Assembly (NCBI GenBank): GCA_042408215.1
Contig: JAYFMW010000006.1
Span: 224,001-288,000, forward strand
Length of the DNA: 64,000 nucleotides
Reading direction: 5' to 3'
From: Microcoleus sp.
Lineage (GTDB): Bacteria; Cyanobacteriota; Cyanobacteriia; Cyanobacteriales; Microcoleaceae
The position numbers and the translations under genes were made by a program. The notes below the pieces were generated by a model. It was not told where the DNA came from and made no database searches. It saw nothing but the letters and a program-made list of their open reading frames with translations. Below, in pieces: positions 63,880 to 64,000 of this stretch; position 1 is the stretch's first letter; every line of letters starts with the position of its first letter.

Positions 63880-64000
63880 TGAGTTTTAAAATCTCCCTAT
63901 GTGTGTGAATTTTTATATCTTGCTATATTCAAAGTCTTGCATATAGATTAACACTCGTGCTAGATTGTGGCAAGCAGCAATCGACCAGAGAATTTCTACT

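Overview
A 64-kb chromosomal window from a filamentous cyanobacterium, probably Oscillatoriales/Microcoleus-like (inferred from dense HIP1 GCGATCGC sites, heptamer tandem repeats and hetZ-patU). Housekeeping genes are murF, an rbp-family gene, clpS, ppsA, sds and a SulP transporter. There are two giant Pro/Thr-linker surface proteins, an HTH-NB-ARC gene broken by about six +1 insertions, a 1549-aa sacsin-like protein, and a ~19-kb signalling cluster with two DXCF cyanobacteriochrome kinases and a GGDEF protein. The mobile layer is the most notable part, with five IS200/IS605-derived RNA-guided loci. (1) An intact IscB+omegaRNA element is inserted after codon 14 of a host gene; its empty site, guide and ATGA TAM can be rebuilt from the sequence, and its end supplies a new in-frame start codon. 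(2) An intact tnpB element. (3) An ORF-less 180-bp left-end + guide-RNA mini-element with a candidate promoter. (4) A tnpB disrupted by two MITEs. (5) A tnpB 3' remnant. Also seen: several MITE families sharing one palindromic core, an uncalled 39-aa membrane ORF, and a 2.2-kb TPR cassette flanked by a duplicated gene 3' end. All calls come from reading the sequence and recognising motifs; no searches were run.
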